Positions 35,767 through 49,152 of a stretch of DNA of 64,000 bases are shown here, piece by piece. The stretch's first letter is position 1. Each line of letters opens with the position of its first letter. The DNA is taken from positions 1-64,000 of the forward strand of contig NW_026781965.1 of assembly GCF_031769215.1 (NCBI RefSeq), in the 5' to 3' direction. A program made the position numbers and the translations under genes. The stretch is from Ylistrum balloti. Its lineage: Eukaryota. The notes under the pieces were generated by a model. That model worked only from the letters and a program-made list of their open reading frames with translations, was not told where the DNA came from and did no database searches.

Positions 35767-38700
35767 ATGGCGTTGTGGCTAGTAGTCCTGTTTGCTATGG
35801 CAACGCATGTCCAGAGTACGTCCATTCAACGTGTACATGGAGTCGGACAAGATCCGGAAGTGTACATGAACGTTGTGAGTACAGTTGAAACTCGTCTCGA
35901 AATCGCTTGAGTCGAAATAATTTCTCGATTTTTTTCTCTTCTATACCTTTGTAATATTAGTTAGGATGACGCGGATTTCATCGAGTTGAAATTTTGTTTG
36001 AGTTGAAGTGATTTTTCAGTCCCAACAATTGTAAAGCAAGGGAAAAGTCGTTCGTTGTCTCGAAATTTTTGTCCATACATCGGCCCTTCTAACGAATTCG
36101 GTTGATATACAGAATAGAATGTCACTTGTGCGTAACGCATAGCTTATAGTCCATCGTACACACCACACCTGGTCTCTGACGATTAATAACCAGTTTAATT
36201 TTCCAATTAAAAATTGGATTCTTAATTGCAATTTCAATTCCTTTATTCCAAATGCGAACAGCATATAGGATTACAAAATGATCATATATAGATATTACAT
36301 TTCATTACAGCAAGATGGCTGAGGTCATTACAACGTCATCAACTTACATGTACCAATGAAGATATACATGATTGTCAGTAGCATTGAGCTAGAAAATATA
36401 CCATTTGATTAAATATTAAGAAGAGACTTTCTTTTAGAAGTAATTTGAATCAAATATTTACTAAGATTTCTCCAACACTTCACACTTTTGCAGGACAACA
36501 ATTGTTTAAATTTGAAGACAGACGGACGATAGGGTTTAATATATCTGATTCTGCGCTCCGAGTAAACTGGACATAATAATATGAAATGAGTTTCATCCTG
36601 GATGTCATTACTATTACAAAGAAGGCAATACCTTTAGGCTCTGGAAAACACTGTCACATCTGACAGTTTCAATACTTAATGTTTGGGAATGTAACCGATA
36701 CTGAGGATATGTTTATACTTATAAGTGAGAGATTTGGTAAAACTGTATATCGTTATGATCAACAATGTATCTTTACAAACGACATTTGGAAGAATTGTTT
36801 CTCACCTCTTGAACAAAATAATCGTTCACACGTTGGGTTGTATAAGAACACAAACTGTTCTTCACTAAATATGAATGTGTTTAACCAAACACCATAAAAA
36901 AACCTGTTCTGTCTAATTCTGGTTTCACTTGGTAAACAAAATTAGTTTTACAATTAGCTTTATTCGAATTTAATTTGACAAGTTCCTCATAACAAGATCT
37001 CAAAATACAATTATTAGTACTTAGTAACGATAACAAGTACATTATAATTGATAATTTACGTTTTATTTGTAAAAGAAATCGTACTAATTCGAAGTAAACC
37101 ATAGAATTATTTACAGAAATTTTAACTCCAAGAACTTCCTTCAAAATATGCAAATGCACTTTTTCGATTCGGGTTGCAGGACTAGGCACACACATTTTAC
37201 AATCACAGTTAAGCACACAAGTACTATAAGTGTGGAATAATGACAATTTTGGTTTCACAGTTTAATATAAAATTTCTTAATTTTCTATTCAATAAAAAAC
37301 AAGCCTTTCTGGCATTGGCCACAATGTTATCTATCGCTAAGGTAAAAAGGCCATTATAGTTTAACACTCGACCAAGATAGCAAAAGTTGTCAACTGTTTC
37401 AATAGGCCTACCATTAAATATGTTCATTGCTCCTCAGGAAAAACACGTTTATTTTTCCTAAATATTATTACTTTAATCCTCATTTACATCTAAATTCCAA
37501 CGTTCAGCGTACAAAAACACGTTTATTTTTCCTAAATATTATTACTTTAATCCTCATTTACATCTAAATTCCAACGTTCAGCGTACAAAAACAAGTGATC
37601 AGGCTTATTCTGCAGATAGATTACGTCTTCATAAAACAAGACCGTGTCGTCCGCATACAAAATTATCAAAAGGTTTAGCAACTGTAATTGGTTACTCTGA
37701 CAATTAGAATTGATAAGTTCGGATTCCATATCATTTATAAACAATGAAAATAGAGCCCCTTGTAATAATATGATTCGGGGGTCGTACATGGGAGATTTAA
37801 CATTATCATATATAGATAAAATTACATTTAGCAATCGACCTTTAATACCTGACGTCCATAGTTTGAACCATAATCTATCATGCGATATGCTGTCGAAAGC
37901 CTTTTGGTGATTTACGAAAACACAATACAGTTGTTTATTACTTCTTTGTAAAATATTAGTAATTAAGGTATGGAGAACAAAAACTGCATCCCGTGTAACA
38001 CTTCCGGGTGGGAAACCAAATTGAGCGTCATATATAACGTTTTCTTTTTCGCTCCATGACAATAAACGTCTATTGAGGAGAGACGTGAAAAGCTTAACTA
38101 AGTGACTAATGATGATAATACCTCTACAATTGTTATCATTGTCTCCTCTTTTATGTGTGAGTACCACAACACCTTGAGCCCAGCACCTGAGGAAATATGC
38201 AACACGCAAAATAGTGTTAAATAGTTTAAACAATAGAGGAACTAAATGTTCCCTATACTCAATGAAGTACTCGTTTAACAACATAAATATACCGGCTAAC
38301 TTCCCCTTGGATAGACCTTTTATATGGGTACTGAACTCATCGTCCAGTTCAGGATAAAGACATTCATTATTATTTACAAACTCCTCGGAGCAAAATGGTG
38401 TATCAGCTGGAGTATCAGTCAAGTCTTTAAAACAATTGAAAAAAATCATCAAGTGGTAAGTCACTCATATTTACAGGTTTACTCTCAGAAAAATTGCAAG
38501 GATTTTGTTATTTGTGTCCATTATATTACCCTCCATTTGGAGATATGAACGCTTTTTGACGGAATCTGATCCCTTTGTATAAACGCTTATATTCTACGTT
38601 GAATCAAGGTTTGTGAAGGGTTTTAAACACGACGACGCAATTCATGACAAGAGCACTTGCAGCCTGGAACTACCTTTTTCCTACAGCAAAACTGGCCAAA

Positions 38701-41700
38701 CAAGGAATGAACGTTGTTAAACAGAACTTCAAGGCAATGATCACTAGAATCGCAAAGTTCATTTACAGAACATTGAACAGATAGCAGTTACGTACTCAGA
38801 AGACATCTCCTTGGTATCTCTACACCAAGAAGCAGTAGTTATTATATTAGTTTTGTTATCAATATTATCACATCTACATTTTTCGACCTAAATTTTAAAA
38901 TGAAGAAACATTGAGACATGGTCATAAGACTTAACGAAGGCTCGAATCACTGCGGAACTACTGTAATCAATTACACCAGTTTGGTGTCACCATCCTGTAG
39001 CAGTGACTTACCTGTAGTTAAACAGCTATCGCGTTTACACGAGACAAGAAAACGTTAGCTTGGTTGCGTACAGATTCAGGACCGATAAAAACGAAACCGT
39101 CAAACCAGTGCGAACTTTTCGACGAAATTCCGAGAGAAACTAATTTTTGAGCTTGTTTACCAAATACCTGTGATCGAGCACTTTGCTAGATGAAGTGTTT
39201 GTACAACGAATTGCTGGAAGTATTTTTCATTGATAGAATCTATGTCTGTCCATGATTTGTTAAGTCTAGTTCTTGTATAATGTTTTCTGTAACAGGTAAA
39301 AACTTTCTACCGCGTCTATCATATGTTTAATTGTTCATAATAAAGTACAATGTATGATATATATGATATTAAGCTTTCATGCATTGTTTCTTGTATGGTA
39401 TCAAAAGCAGATTTAATTTTCGTTTTATTGTCATTAAGTAAAATAAATTATCTATATGTGCTTGGTCAGTACGGGTAGCGCACACGTGCGAGGGACGGAA
39501 CGAAGTGAGTACGGTTGTATTTGATTGGAGTTGTTATTACATGTTTTGATGTTTAGATGAATAACAATTGAATATTGACTACGATTCCAAATATCAGATA
39601 AAATTACGTTGTTTGTATCACGGTACATCGTGCTGTCGTAGCCCTACTTTGTTCAACCGTAATCAACGTCAGAAACAGTTTGTCACATAAAAATTGTTTA
39701 TACAAGTTTTAATCAAGTTAGAGCTGCTGGAAAGAGTCGTTGATTTTCTTACATATAAAACTATTGCCAACTACTGTTTTCTTAATGTTGCCTCTACTTG
39801 TAGACCCAGTTGATTACCAGTAAAGGTTATCCATGCGAGGAACACGAAGTAACTACTGATGACGGATTCATTCTCGGCCTCCAGAGAATTCCTCATGGAA
39901 GACTAGAATCACAGAAAGGTTCTTCTAGATTACATTGATCCCATCCGACCTAAACTAGACGCAATGCTTTTGTACATGACTTCTTTATTTGTTATAGGGA
40001 GGATACAGTACTACAGTACACGGAAGGTTCAGACATCAGGACACTCGACTGCATTCATAGACTATAAAAGAGCGGTATACGAGGGAAATAGCAAGCCCCA
40101 CATGTCTTAAGTAGGACCTTTTTACTGTACAAGTGTAAAGACGTATCTGAATGCCGACACTTACCGGGTAGACTCACGTGCCTTAGTCACAGTATGAAAA
40201 TCAGAATGCCGACGCTTACCGGGTAGACTCACGTGCATTTATCATTGTATGGACATCAGATTACCGATTTTTACCGGGTAGACTCTCGTGCCTTTTTTAT
40301 TGCATGAACAACATAATACCGACACTTACCGGGTAGACTCTCGTGCCTTTGTCACTGTATGGACAACATAATACCGACACTTACTGGGTAGACTCACGTG
40401 CCTTTGTCATTGTAAGGACAACATAATACCGACACTTACCGGGTAGACTCACGTGCCTTTGTCATTGTATGGACATCAGAATGCCGACACTTACCGGGTA
40501 GACTCACGTGCATTTATCATTGTATGGACATCAGAATACCGACACTTACCGGGTAAACTCTCGTGCCTTTGTCATTGTATGGACATCAGAATACCGACAC
40601 TTACCGGGTAGTCTCTCGTGCTGTATCAGAATATCGATACTTTACTTGACTTACTTTAAATATATGTACCGTCAACTATTGGTGGGATTACTGATCTCAG
40701 ATAATCGGTAACTGGTATATTTCTATGTATTAGAGGTTCTGTTAACCATCAAAATCCACAGCTACTTGTTGGAACGCTACGAACAATATAAACCATGTAA
40801 AAACAACAATCTATTTTCGTACATGATTCGAATACTGTCTGGTTAAAAATAAAGCTGTAAAAGAGAAATTTGGGATATTTTTTTTGTTTTGGACAAAATA
40901 TTTTTTATCTCGATAATTGATCGATGTTCTCTTTTGATATTAAATTACCAAATTGTACTTTTAATATGATGGACCGCCTCTTTGTTGAATGAAATGCTCA
41001 ACTGTATAATTATACAGCCTAACATATGCACAGTGATTCCTTCTTCCACAAACAACATGGATGATTCCTCCTTCCGTGGTATCTTCTCCCCTTATGATGA
41101 CGGGTTTGTCGTGTTTTAAGACTCCATTTGGCCCCATTGCTCTTTTACATTGGCCCAATTGGTTTTCATAATGGTTCCATATTTTATTCATTGGCCCAAA
41201 TGCTCCTTACAGTAGTCCCATCTCTAGGTACACTGGCCCGTCTTCTTTTACCATGATTTTCTATGGGACCGGTCCAATGGCTTTTTGAATTTGTCTAATG
41301 CTTTTTTTACCTTGATTTGGTTCTATTGCTATATTTTATTGCGTTGTTTTTGACATTGGTTTAATTGCATTTTTTAATCCGTCGTTTTGCTGTCGACTGT
41401 TATTTCCTCTTTCCTTCGTTGGAAGGAGTTCTACAAACATGTGTTCATCCGATTGTTCATTCGTCGTAGGGCGTATAATACCGTTCAAGATATTTTCCCC
41501 AAAATTCTACACACATCAATAAAGTATCTTTTGCCATGAAGCAGTTTAACAGTATTTCAGATTACCATAGCAACAAATAGTCAAAATCACTGATTTCAGC
41601 GTTTCTGAAGAATATAGGAAACTTCGAATACCCTTCCATCGAATTGCATCGTAGTACCATTTCTCAGTTTTGATATTTCTTTGGTTACCATGGAAGTAGT

Positions 41701-44700
41701 CCATTTCACTGATTCCATTGTTTCCAAAACATACAAGACTTTTAATCACCACTTCCGTTATATCCTTTATATTGGTTGTTACCTCTAAACATCCTAGTAG
41801 ATAAATTCAGCGAGATGTTATGTCAGTGGCAGGGCTCCCTTGGCTCGGGATTTGACCGAATATATCCATTTTGATGATTATGTCAGTGGCAGGGCTCCCC
41901 TGGCTCGGGATTTGACCGAATATATTCATTTTGATGATTATATCTCTCAGTTTCTCAATAAACTAAATAGATATTTCATTCTGGTTTCAATATATATTTC
42001 ACAAAGGAAAGGCTGTAGTCATTTTTACATTCAGCCTTTTTTTTTGTGAATTGTAGCCGACATATAGCTGTTTCCCACTATTTTATCAAAGAATATCCGA
42101 GACGTCAGGGTGTCACCTATTACGAACATTTATGATGGTGTACTAAATGGGCCTAATGATATTATTGTGTGAATACCGTCCCAGATAAAAATGCATCAAT
42201 ACACGATTTTACTTTTCATTTCGTTTTACTTCTTGGATACAAACATGTATGTTCCTTAGTGTACTACCCGGTGGAAGACCAGCCAGTTGTACTGCTACAG
42301 CATGGTCTCTTGTCCTGCTCAAGCTGCTGGCTGGATAACCTTGTTAATGAAAGTCTGGGATACCTGATGGCAGACAATGGTATCGACGTTTGGCTGGGCA
42401 ACAATCGTGGAAACATATATTCACGGAAACACAAAACACTTAGCCCTGACGACCCGAAATTCTGGGAATGGAGGTTTGTGTAAGAAACTCTGTAGTACAT
42501 GACAGAGAATTTCAATGAAAAACACTTGATACTCTTTTCACAATGATAAAAAAAAAAAATAAAATGAAAAAAAAAAAAAAAACAAAAACAATACCAAACC
42601 AAACAAAAAGAAAAGAAAAAATATAGAAAACTAAACAATAGCTGCAGGTAATACAATTGTTGTCAAATCATCAGCTGTATCTAATATTGTATAGTTAATT
42701 CTTGGTAGTCCTATTGCATCTGTTTTTTAATTAATGAAATTGTTGTTAGAATAACAATTTCGCAGTAATATGAAAAAAAATATTTGAAATGATGAATTTA
42801 GATGAATTTAGAATCTACTGAAAACGTACGTATTTTAGCGGTAATAATATTTAGCACTATTTCGCGCTGAGAGTTTTGTATGACTGGCCACAACGTAAGG
42901 GATGTAGGAACATCTCTAATGCATTTCTAACCGGCTCCTAAAAAGCAACTAAATGTGTCCTGAAATGGAACTTAAACGTTGTTTCGGGATATTATCAAAT
43001 TGTGTTGAAAATTAACAAAATTGGATATGAAATAAAAGACAAGAAAAAGAGTCCAGGATACTGTACTGACCTTATGTTTAAATATACAGTGTTGCGTTTG
43101 TTGTAGTTGGGACGAGATGGCTCTATATGATATGCCAGCAATGATAGACTATATCTTGAACGTGACGAATAGGAAGCAGCTCTATTATCTGGGATATTCA
43201 CAAGGTACACAAATCGCATTCTCAGGGCTTAGTCAACCTTGGAACACGGACAAAGTGAAGATGTTTTTTGCCTTTGCTCCAGTCACAAACCTTGGCGGCG
43301 TCATTAGTCCGATCCGACTGCTTGCCCCATTTGTCAAACCATTACAGGTATATGGAACTGTTATTATTTTAATAAATTATCAAAAACTGGTGATGTTTAC
43401 ATGTTTTCTTTCCAGTTGGTAGCGGAGTCAGCACCTTAGTTTAAAATATATTTCGACGTATGATTATTTCAGACGTTTTTTGAGTTATTCGGGACAGGTG
43501 AGTTTCTCCCGAGCACCGATATGGTTAAGTGGCTTGGAAGGGAGGTATGCAGTAAACCAGGATTGGACTTCGTTTGTGAAAATTTCCTCTTTGTCCTCGG
43601 CGGGTATGACTTCAAACAGTTCAACAAAGTACGTATATTTTTTATAACGTTTTTTTTTCTAAGTTCATTATGACGTTTCACGAAACGTACAATGGTTGCC
43701 CATTAATACATAAAACAAATGTACAAAACACCCTTCCTTATTCGCTATCGCAAATGATTTATCTAGATTCGATATCTCACTCAACTTCGGTTATGGTTCC
43801 CGTTCATCAGGCACCATTGTGATGGAATCTGCAATGTTTTTGTTACAGTCACGAATCCCCGTTTATGTTGCCAACCATCCGGCCGGTACCTCGGTACAGA
43901 ATATAGCCCACTACGCACAGGTTTGTAACACTTAACAATCAAAGTTGTATTGTCCTCAAAAAAAAAAAAAAAAAAACCAAAAAACGAGGAAGTGCCATGA
44001 ATGACTATTCCCAAAACTGTTTTGCAATCCTAACGGGCCAATTGTCCACATTTAACCCAGGGTCATAGTATTGTATTTGCCTTCATCTGCATGTTAAACC
44101 AACAACGATGTTGTTGTACAACATTTACCATCGTAAGATTTATCCTATATTATTCATATTATCAACAGTTACCATCGTAAGATTTATCCTATATTAATCA
44201 TATTGTATCATTTGTTAACTGGGTTTGTTGCCCTGTAAGCAACCAAAGTATGTTGAGGCGGGGTTACGACCGATTATTTCTTACCTTTAACAACATAAAA
44301 ACAACAGAAGCATACTAAATAAGAACATATACATTACCAAGTTACAGTGTTCTCTATTATAGTCCATCCTTCACAAGGATTTCTTGATGTACGATTTTGG
44401 TTCAGAAGCTGCCAACCTCGACCGTTACAACCAGGTAACACTTTTCAGTAATGTTGAAATTATGACTTTAGATACTTAATCTGTCAATTATTTGTTAATT
44501 ATAACCGGTAACACTTATCTATTATGTATTACAACTGTATGCCTTCAGCTAAGGGTAGCCATTTGACCATCATAATCGTTTAGATTTTTAGTTGGTGGTA
44601 GTCATTTGACTCTTATCATCGTTTACATTTTTAGTTGGAGGTAGCCATTTGACTATTACAATAGTTCAGACTTGTCTATTATATATTACTTTATTTCTTT

Positions 44701-47018
44701 AGTATTAGAGGTAGCCATTTAACTATTATCAGATCTGTAATATATTATACTTTATTTTTAGATTGGAGGTAGCCAATTTGACACTTACTACAGCTTCTAG
44801 ACAATCCGTAACATGCTGTAAAATCGTTTACATTTTTGACATTTGACTATTACAATAGTTCAGACTTGTCTATTATATATTACTTTATTTCTTTAGTATT
44901 AGAGGTAGCCATTTAACTATTACAAGGTCAGACTTGTCTGTAATATATTATACTGCTTTACTTTTACTTTACTAGATTACCAAATTTGCAACTTGACACT
45001 TACTACAGCTAGGGTAGACAATCCGATGCTGTAAAAATGACTTGTGATCTCGGATATTGTCAAACTTTGCTATAACAGAGAAGACTTGCTGAAAATATAG
45101 ACTTTCGGTAGAAATATATCAGATCTGGCAACTCAAAAAGAACAACAAAGAAAAACACCGATATGTTCATAGAAACTTGACTCAAATATATATCTTGTAA
45201 ATATGTTTACTCGGTGGCGTGCTTCTAAGAAAGTTCTGTGCTCAAAGCGACATTTTATTAAATATCAAGTCAATATTAAGACAAAATATCAACCAAAGAA
45301 AGATATACAAGAAGGCTACTAATAAATAAAAAGAATGAGATCAGATATTGTGGAACAGAAAGCATCAGCTTCATCGACGACACCCGAAAACAGGGTATAC
45401 AACAAGCAAACTAACGAGCATCAAACACATCATCTTCATTAAGCACAAAGACATTTAGAGTATTTGTTATTGAGATAACAAGGATGACCGGAAAACTTTC
45501 GTTTCAGTTTAACTCAGCTTTGATTTTCATCAACCTGCATTTCTCGAAATACCTGTGTTGTGAATTTGTCTGTCAGTTGTCGACATCTTGCACGAAAATC
45601 GTGATGTTTGGAATGTCAAATCAACTGCGACTTGTAAATATCACAGGTTGGGGATGCAGGGATGTTGCCATACATAAATGGAATACTTACCATAGAGAGA
45701 TTGAAATCATCACACTGATCATACAGCTTGGTGGAAACCTGTCCATGCTGGTTTCATTGAAGGAAAAATCGAGTTAATCGACCGATGTAGAAGACTCTGT
45801 CGTGTATATACAATGTTAGTGGACGTTGTCATTAAATCTATTGGTATTTAAAGGCAATGCAGATAGATAATGTTACAAAACTTGGAATGGAAGTCCAAAA
45901 ATAACCCCTTTCGTGAATGACAAATACATTTATACCATCTGTCGAATATATCTGGAATCGGTCATCTTTAAATTTGTGTAGTAACGTGTTGCTTCTACAA
46001 AGCAACTCAAAATCAAGGCATAGTGTAATTCCCGAACATTGTGGTGAATCTAAATGATATCCGATGAAGTCATGAATTTGGTGGTTTTTGCGGTCAGATT
46101 TCGCCGACGTGGTCATATTGTACATATCTTGTAAAAATATGTTTACTCCGTGGCGTGCTTCTAAGAAAGTTCTGTGCTCAAAGAGCATGGGCTGTCGGTG
46201 ATGTAGACATTATGTAACACTTCTGGCAATGATTATAATTAGAATTCTCGCCTCTGTTTTATTTTGGTTTTTTTTAATTTGACGCAGTTTGGTGTTTTTA
46301 CACAACGTTCTCTTGAACTTTCAGATATGAATTGAACAAGTTACAGACACGCACGAATAAAAATAGGTGAATTCAGGGATCGATTGATTGTTTGAAATGT
46401 ACTTATGACCTATAGTGGATTTGACATTACGCGTTTCAATTCAATTATCGGTCCATTATATTATTGGTATAAGTATCAAAGTTTGGTGATTTTGCAGATG
46501 TTAAACGTGGCCATTCACGTCTTAATTTTGACCAATGGCTACCTTCCTATAATAAGGTATAGAACCGTATGCTAAGATACTATCTGTATCTATGAACCGG
46601 AACTGACGTTGACTGTGAATGAGACGTGACGTGACACAGGGAACAACATCCTCATCCTCTCTCCCTAAGATGGAACGGTCATATAAATATTACAGATTTA
46701 TTAGCACTTACATAAATGACGAACGTATGAAATACTTCCCATACATTTTCCCTATTGGTTTAGACGACCCCGCCAGCCTGGAACGCATCCCTGGTAAAGA
46801 CTCCGACTGTAGTGTACTCGGGCTCTATGGATTGGTTGGCTGATCCTGATGACGTAAGAGCCCTTCTACCCAAGATTACAAATCTTGTAGCGTCCAAGGT
46901 CATGGATGAGTGGCAACACCTAGATTTTATATGGGCCATGGACGCGCCGCAGCAAGTCTACAGAGATGTCATAAGACGCATTCACCAACAGGAAGCAGTC
47001 GACCACAACTCAACGTAG
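35767..47018 (+). CDS. Acid lipase (LIPA/LIPF-like), paralogue B, 410 aa
   Basis: Exons 35767-35874 (signal peptide, DPEVYMNV), 39804-39918, 42260-42473 (PVVLLQHGLL...DVWLGNNRGN), 43107-43347 (GYSQG), 43473-43628, 43849-43920, 44363-44434, 46764-47018 (MDWLAD; WQHLDFIW). 1233 nt in frame with the same intron phases as paralogue A. Confidence 0.93.
36500..39270 (-). mobile_element. Decayed non-LTR retrotransposon ORF2 (APE + RT + C-terminal CCHC; RTE-X/L2-like) in lipase B intron 1
   Basis: RT motifs in ORF 37547-38464 (RGIIIISHLVKLFTSLLNRRL, AQFGF, QKAFDSI, LFSLFIND, YADDTV), YLG in 37224-37427, C-terminal CLLCNSNDIQDETHFILLCPVY near 36560-36630, APE remnants GVIDY and SDHC near 38750-38970. 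It carries stops, frameshifts and a 74-bp tandem duplication (37439-37586). Confidence 0.85.
40149..40622. repeat. 55-bp minisatellite, about 9 copies, in lipase B intron 2
   Basis: GAATACCGACACTTACCGGGTAGACTCACGTGCCTTTGTCATTGTATGGACATCA; the TTAC core recurs every 55 nt from 40161 to 40601. Confidence 0.95.
41820..41939. repeat. 60-bp tandem duplication
   Basis: ATGTCAGTGGCAGGGCTCCC(T/C)TGGCTCGGGATTTGACCGAATATAT(C/T)CATTTTGATGATT twice. Confidence 0.9.
44550..45030. repeat. Degenerate tandem/duplicated repeat (GGTAGCCATTT(G/A)ACTATT) in lipase B intron 7
   Basis: The motif recurs about six times and an ~80-bp block is duplicated at ~44648 and ~44842. Confidence 0.7.
45480..45840 (-). mobile_element. 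Penelope-like reverse transcriptase relic
   Basis: Minus-strand translation TTESSTSVD*LD...STKLYDQCDDFNLSMVSIPFMYGNIPASPTCDIYKSQLI* resembles the Penelope-type RT thumb (DTTES..SYLD...KLYDKRDDF.F.IVNFP...NIP.SPAYGVY.SQLIRY). A ~55-bp direct repeat flanks it (~45190-45247 and ~46124-46183). Confidence 0.65.
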
Positions 47019-47364
47019 ACATTGTTATTTCGCCTACATTCCCAATAAATTTCATAGACTTTAGTTATGATCTGTTTTTTATTTAATTACTGTTCAACAT
47101 AAGAATAATGAACACTAATAAAATGATAAATGAAAAATATCACTTTCACAGTAACATCTCTGTAGAAATTTTCAGATATACAAATGGTGATTTTGTCTTG
47201 CCATGTTTAAATGAGAATGAGTTTGTAGTGACCTCAGCGAAAAATCCAACAATGCAAAATAAAGCAATGACACTCGGGAGGACAATACATCTATCGTCTT
47301 ATATGCCAACACCCCTCCAAAAAAAAGACATGAATGTCACGAGAAAACGCTCAGTCGACTTCAG

Positions 47365-47602
47365 GCCCCACTTGTATAAAACATCTCAACTTGAGATTTC
47401 CTCAAGTCGAGATTTTCCTCTGCTGAGATCTCCTCAAAAACGGCTTGTATAAATTTTCTCAAGGAACAGGAGGAAGTCCTCGGCTAGGATGTCCTGAAAT
47501 TCCTTGAGGAATTTTCATACAAGATATTTTCATGGAGAAATTAGCTAAGAAAAATCTGGGCTTGAGGAAATCTCAAGTTGAGATGTTTTATACAAGTGGG
47601 GC
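47365..47602. mobile_element. 238-bp long-TIR MITE, copy 2 (opposite orientation to 18923-19161)
   Basis: GCCCCACTTGTATAAAACATCTCAACTTGAGATTTCCTCAAG ... CTTGAGGAAATCTCAAGTTGAGATGTTTTATACAAGTGGGGC; flanks CAG/CTG; the interior is the reverse complement of copy 1. Confidence 0.88.
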
Positions 47603-48289
47603 CTGGTTACTCTGCCGTGATATTGTTAAGGAACTACTACAAACCAAGAAGTATAATTTTATTGTGGCTTAATGCAGAAGCTGACGTTCGTCAGACTATT
47701 ATAGGTAAAATTCCTCATACATGTACCTTTATACTTTGTGAATTAACAAAGAGTAGAATCCCCCGGGCAATAACTGAACATGAAAGGTTAAAGTGTAAGT
47801 TGTTGGAATTTATCTCCGAACTTACTTTTTGGCGCTGATTGAGGTGCATTAGCTTCAGGAACATTTGGATTCAGTGTCCGTGCAATACCTCACACTAATT
47901 ATAGGCGTAGTTTAAGCCCCGAAACACTGCCAGAATTTTTTTTAAACAGGAACATAATGGACATATTATACTGTGCACAGTGTATCCAACCTCAATTTGA
48001 CCGCCCCGCACCCCCCCCCCCCTCCCCATCATCCGTGCTTTAGTTCCCTTTAGCTCCCATCAGAGTGATATATGTCTATAACGGTGAGTGTGATGTCCAG
48101 AAAATGCTGTAATGTACAGCACATTTTGTTAAATAGAAACTTTTCACCCTTCTTGGTTTGAAGTATCTCCCGAGAGGTTTTATTTTATAACCCTTTCGGA
48201 CGCCCTGGGTAAGGAATATTCAACTTTGAAGACGAAAAGTAAACAATGCTTTAAACTAACATATTCCTTTAAAAGCATATCCTTCTAGC

Positions 48290-48790
48290 GTTGTCTGACA
48301 AAAACCAAACAAACTTTAGACATCAAAATTCTGTCAGACATTTTGTTTTTTCAAATCAATCTCAAAATTGGATGGCATTAGGTATCTCGAGACATCCTTT
48401 ACATAAACTTGGAAAATTATTACTGATCAGATACATTACTAGAAATAACCCAGGTCCAAAAAGCGATATCGAGAAATCAGAATCAAAGTTGACTGATCAT
48501 GGCATCTGTCAGCCATTTTTTTTTCAAATTAATCCCAAAATTTAATGGCATTCGGTATCATGGGACACCCTTCATCTAAACTTTTGATTGATTAATTATT
48601 GATTATTAAATACACCTCGAGAAATAACCCAGATCCAAAAAGCAATAACACAAAACTCAAAATCCAAGATAATTGACTGTAGAATCTGTCAGCCAATTCG
48701 ATTTTTTCTCAAATCAATCTCAACATTTTTGAAATGTCGTACCACGAGACACCCTTCATAAATACATTTCAACAGTAGATATCCAGTTTG
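48290..48790. repeat. Diverged ~178-bp tandem array (about three units), probably the interior of a Helentron-like element
   Basis: TGTCAG(A/C)CA(T/A)TT...TCAAAT(C/T)AATC...GGCATT...GAGACA(T/C)CCTT recurs at ~48332, 48508 and 48688. Confidence 0.6.
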
Positions 48791-49152
48791 GTCGCTTATC
48801 ATCCAGATTTTATCATAATGGTTTTAGACTTGGGAGTGCACAAACCTACAAATCGGAGAACAATCCATCGAGTACATTTCAGCCATTGTGCTTTTCCAAT
48901 CAATTTCAAAATTTACTTAAAAAACGACGAAGTTGCAAATGTGATCTTTGACCCTTACATAATAAGCGTCTTACCCTCTATGACGAAATTTCAAGATTAG
49001 TCCACAAATTACGAAGATCAACATCTAAAATTTGTCACTGAACGTTGAATAGTGCTCAAAATATGGCATGCTCAACTGGAATCTGTACTTAGCATTGGTG
49101 TGCTGAAAGGAATTTCAAGAGAACCTCTTATGTGGCTCTTCTGAGTAGCGAT

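Noticed and set aside
37547-38464. 305-aa ORF as a host gene
   Set aside because: Fragment of a decayed LINE reverse transcriptase with flanking frameshifts.
34992-43976. (AAAT)n at 34992-35013 and A-runs near 42549 and 43958 as retro-insertion tails
   Set aside because: No adjacent element body or target duplication identified; ordinary microsatellites.
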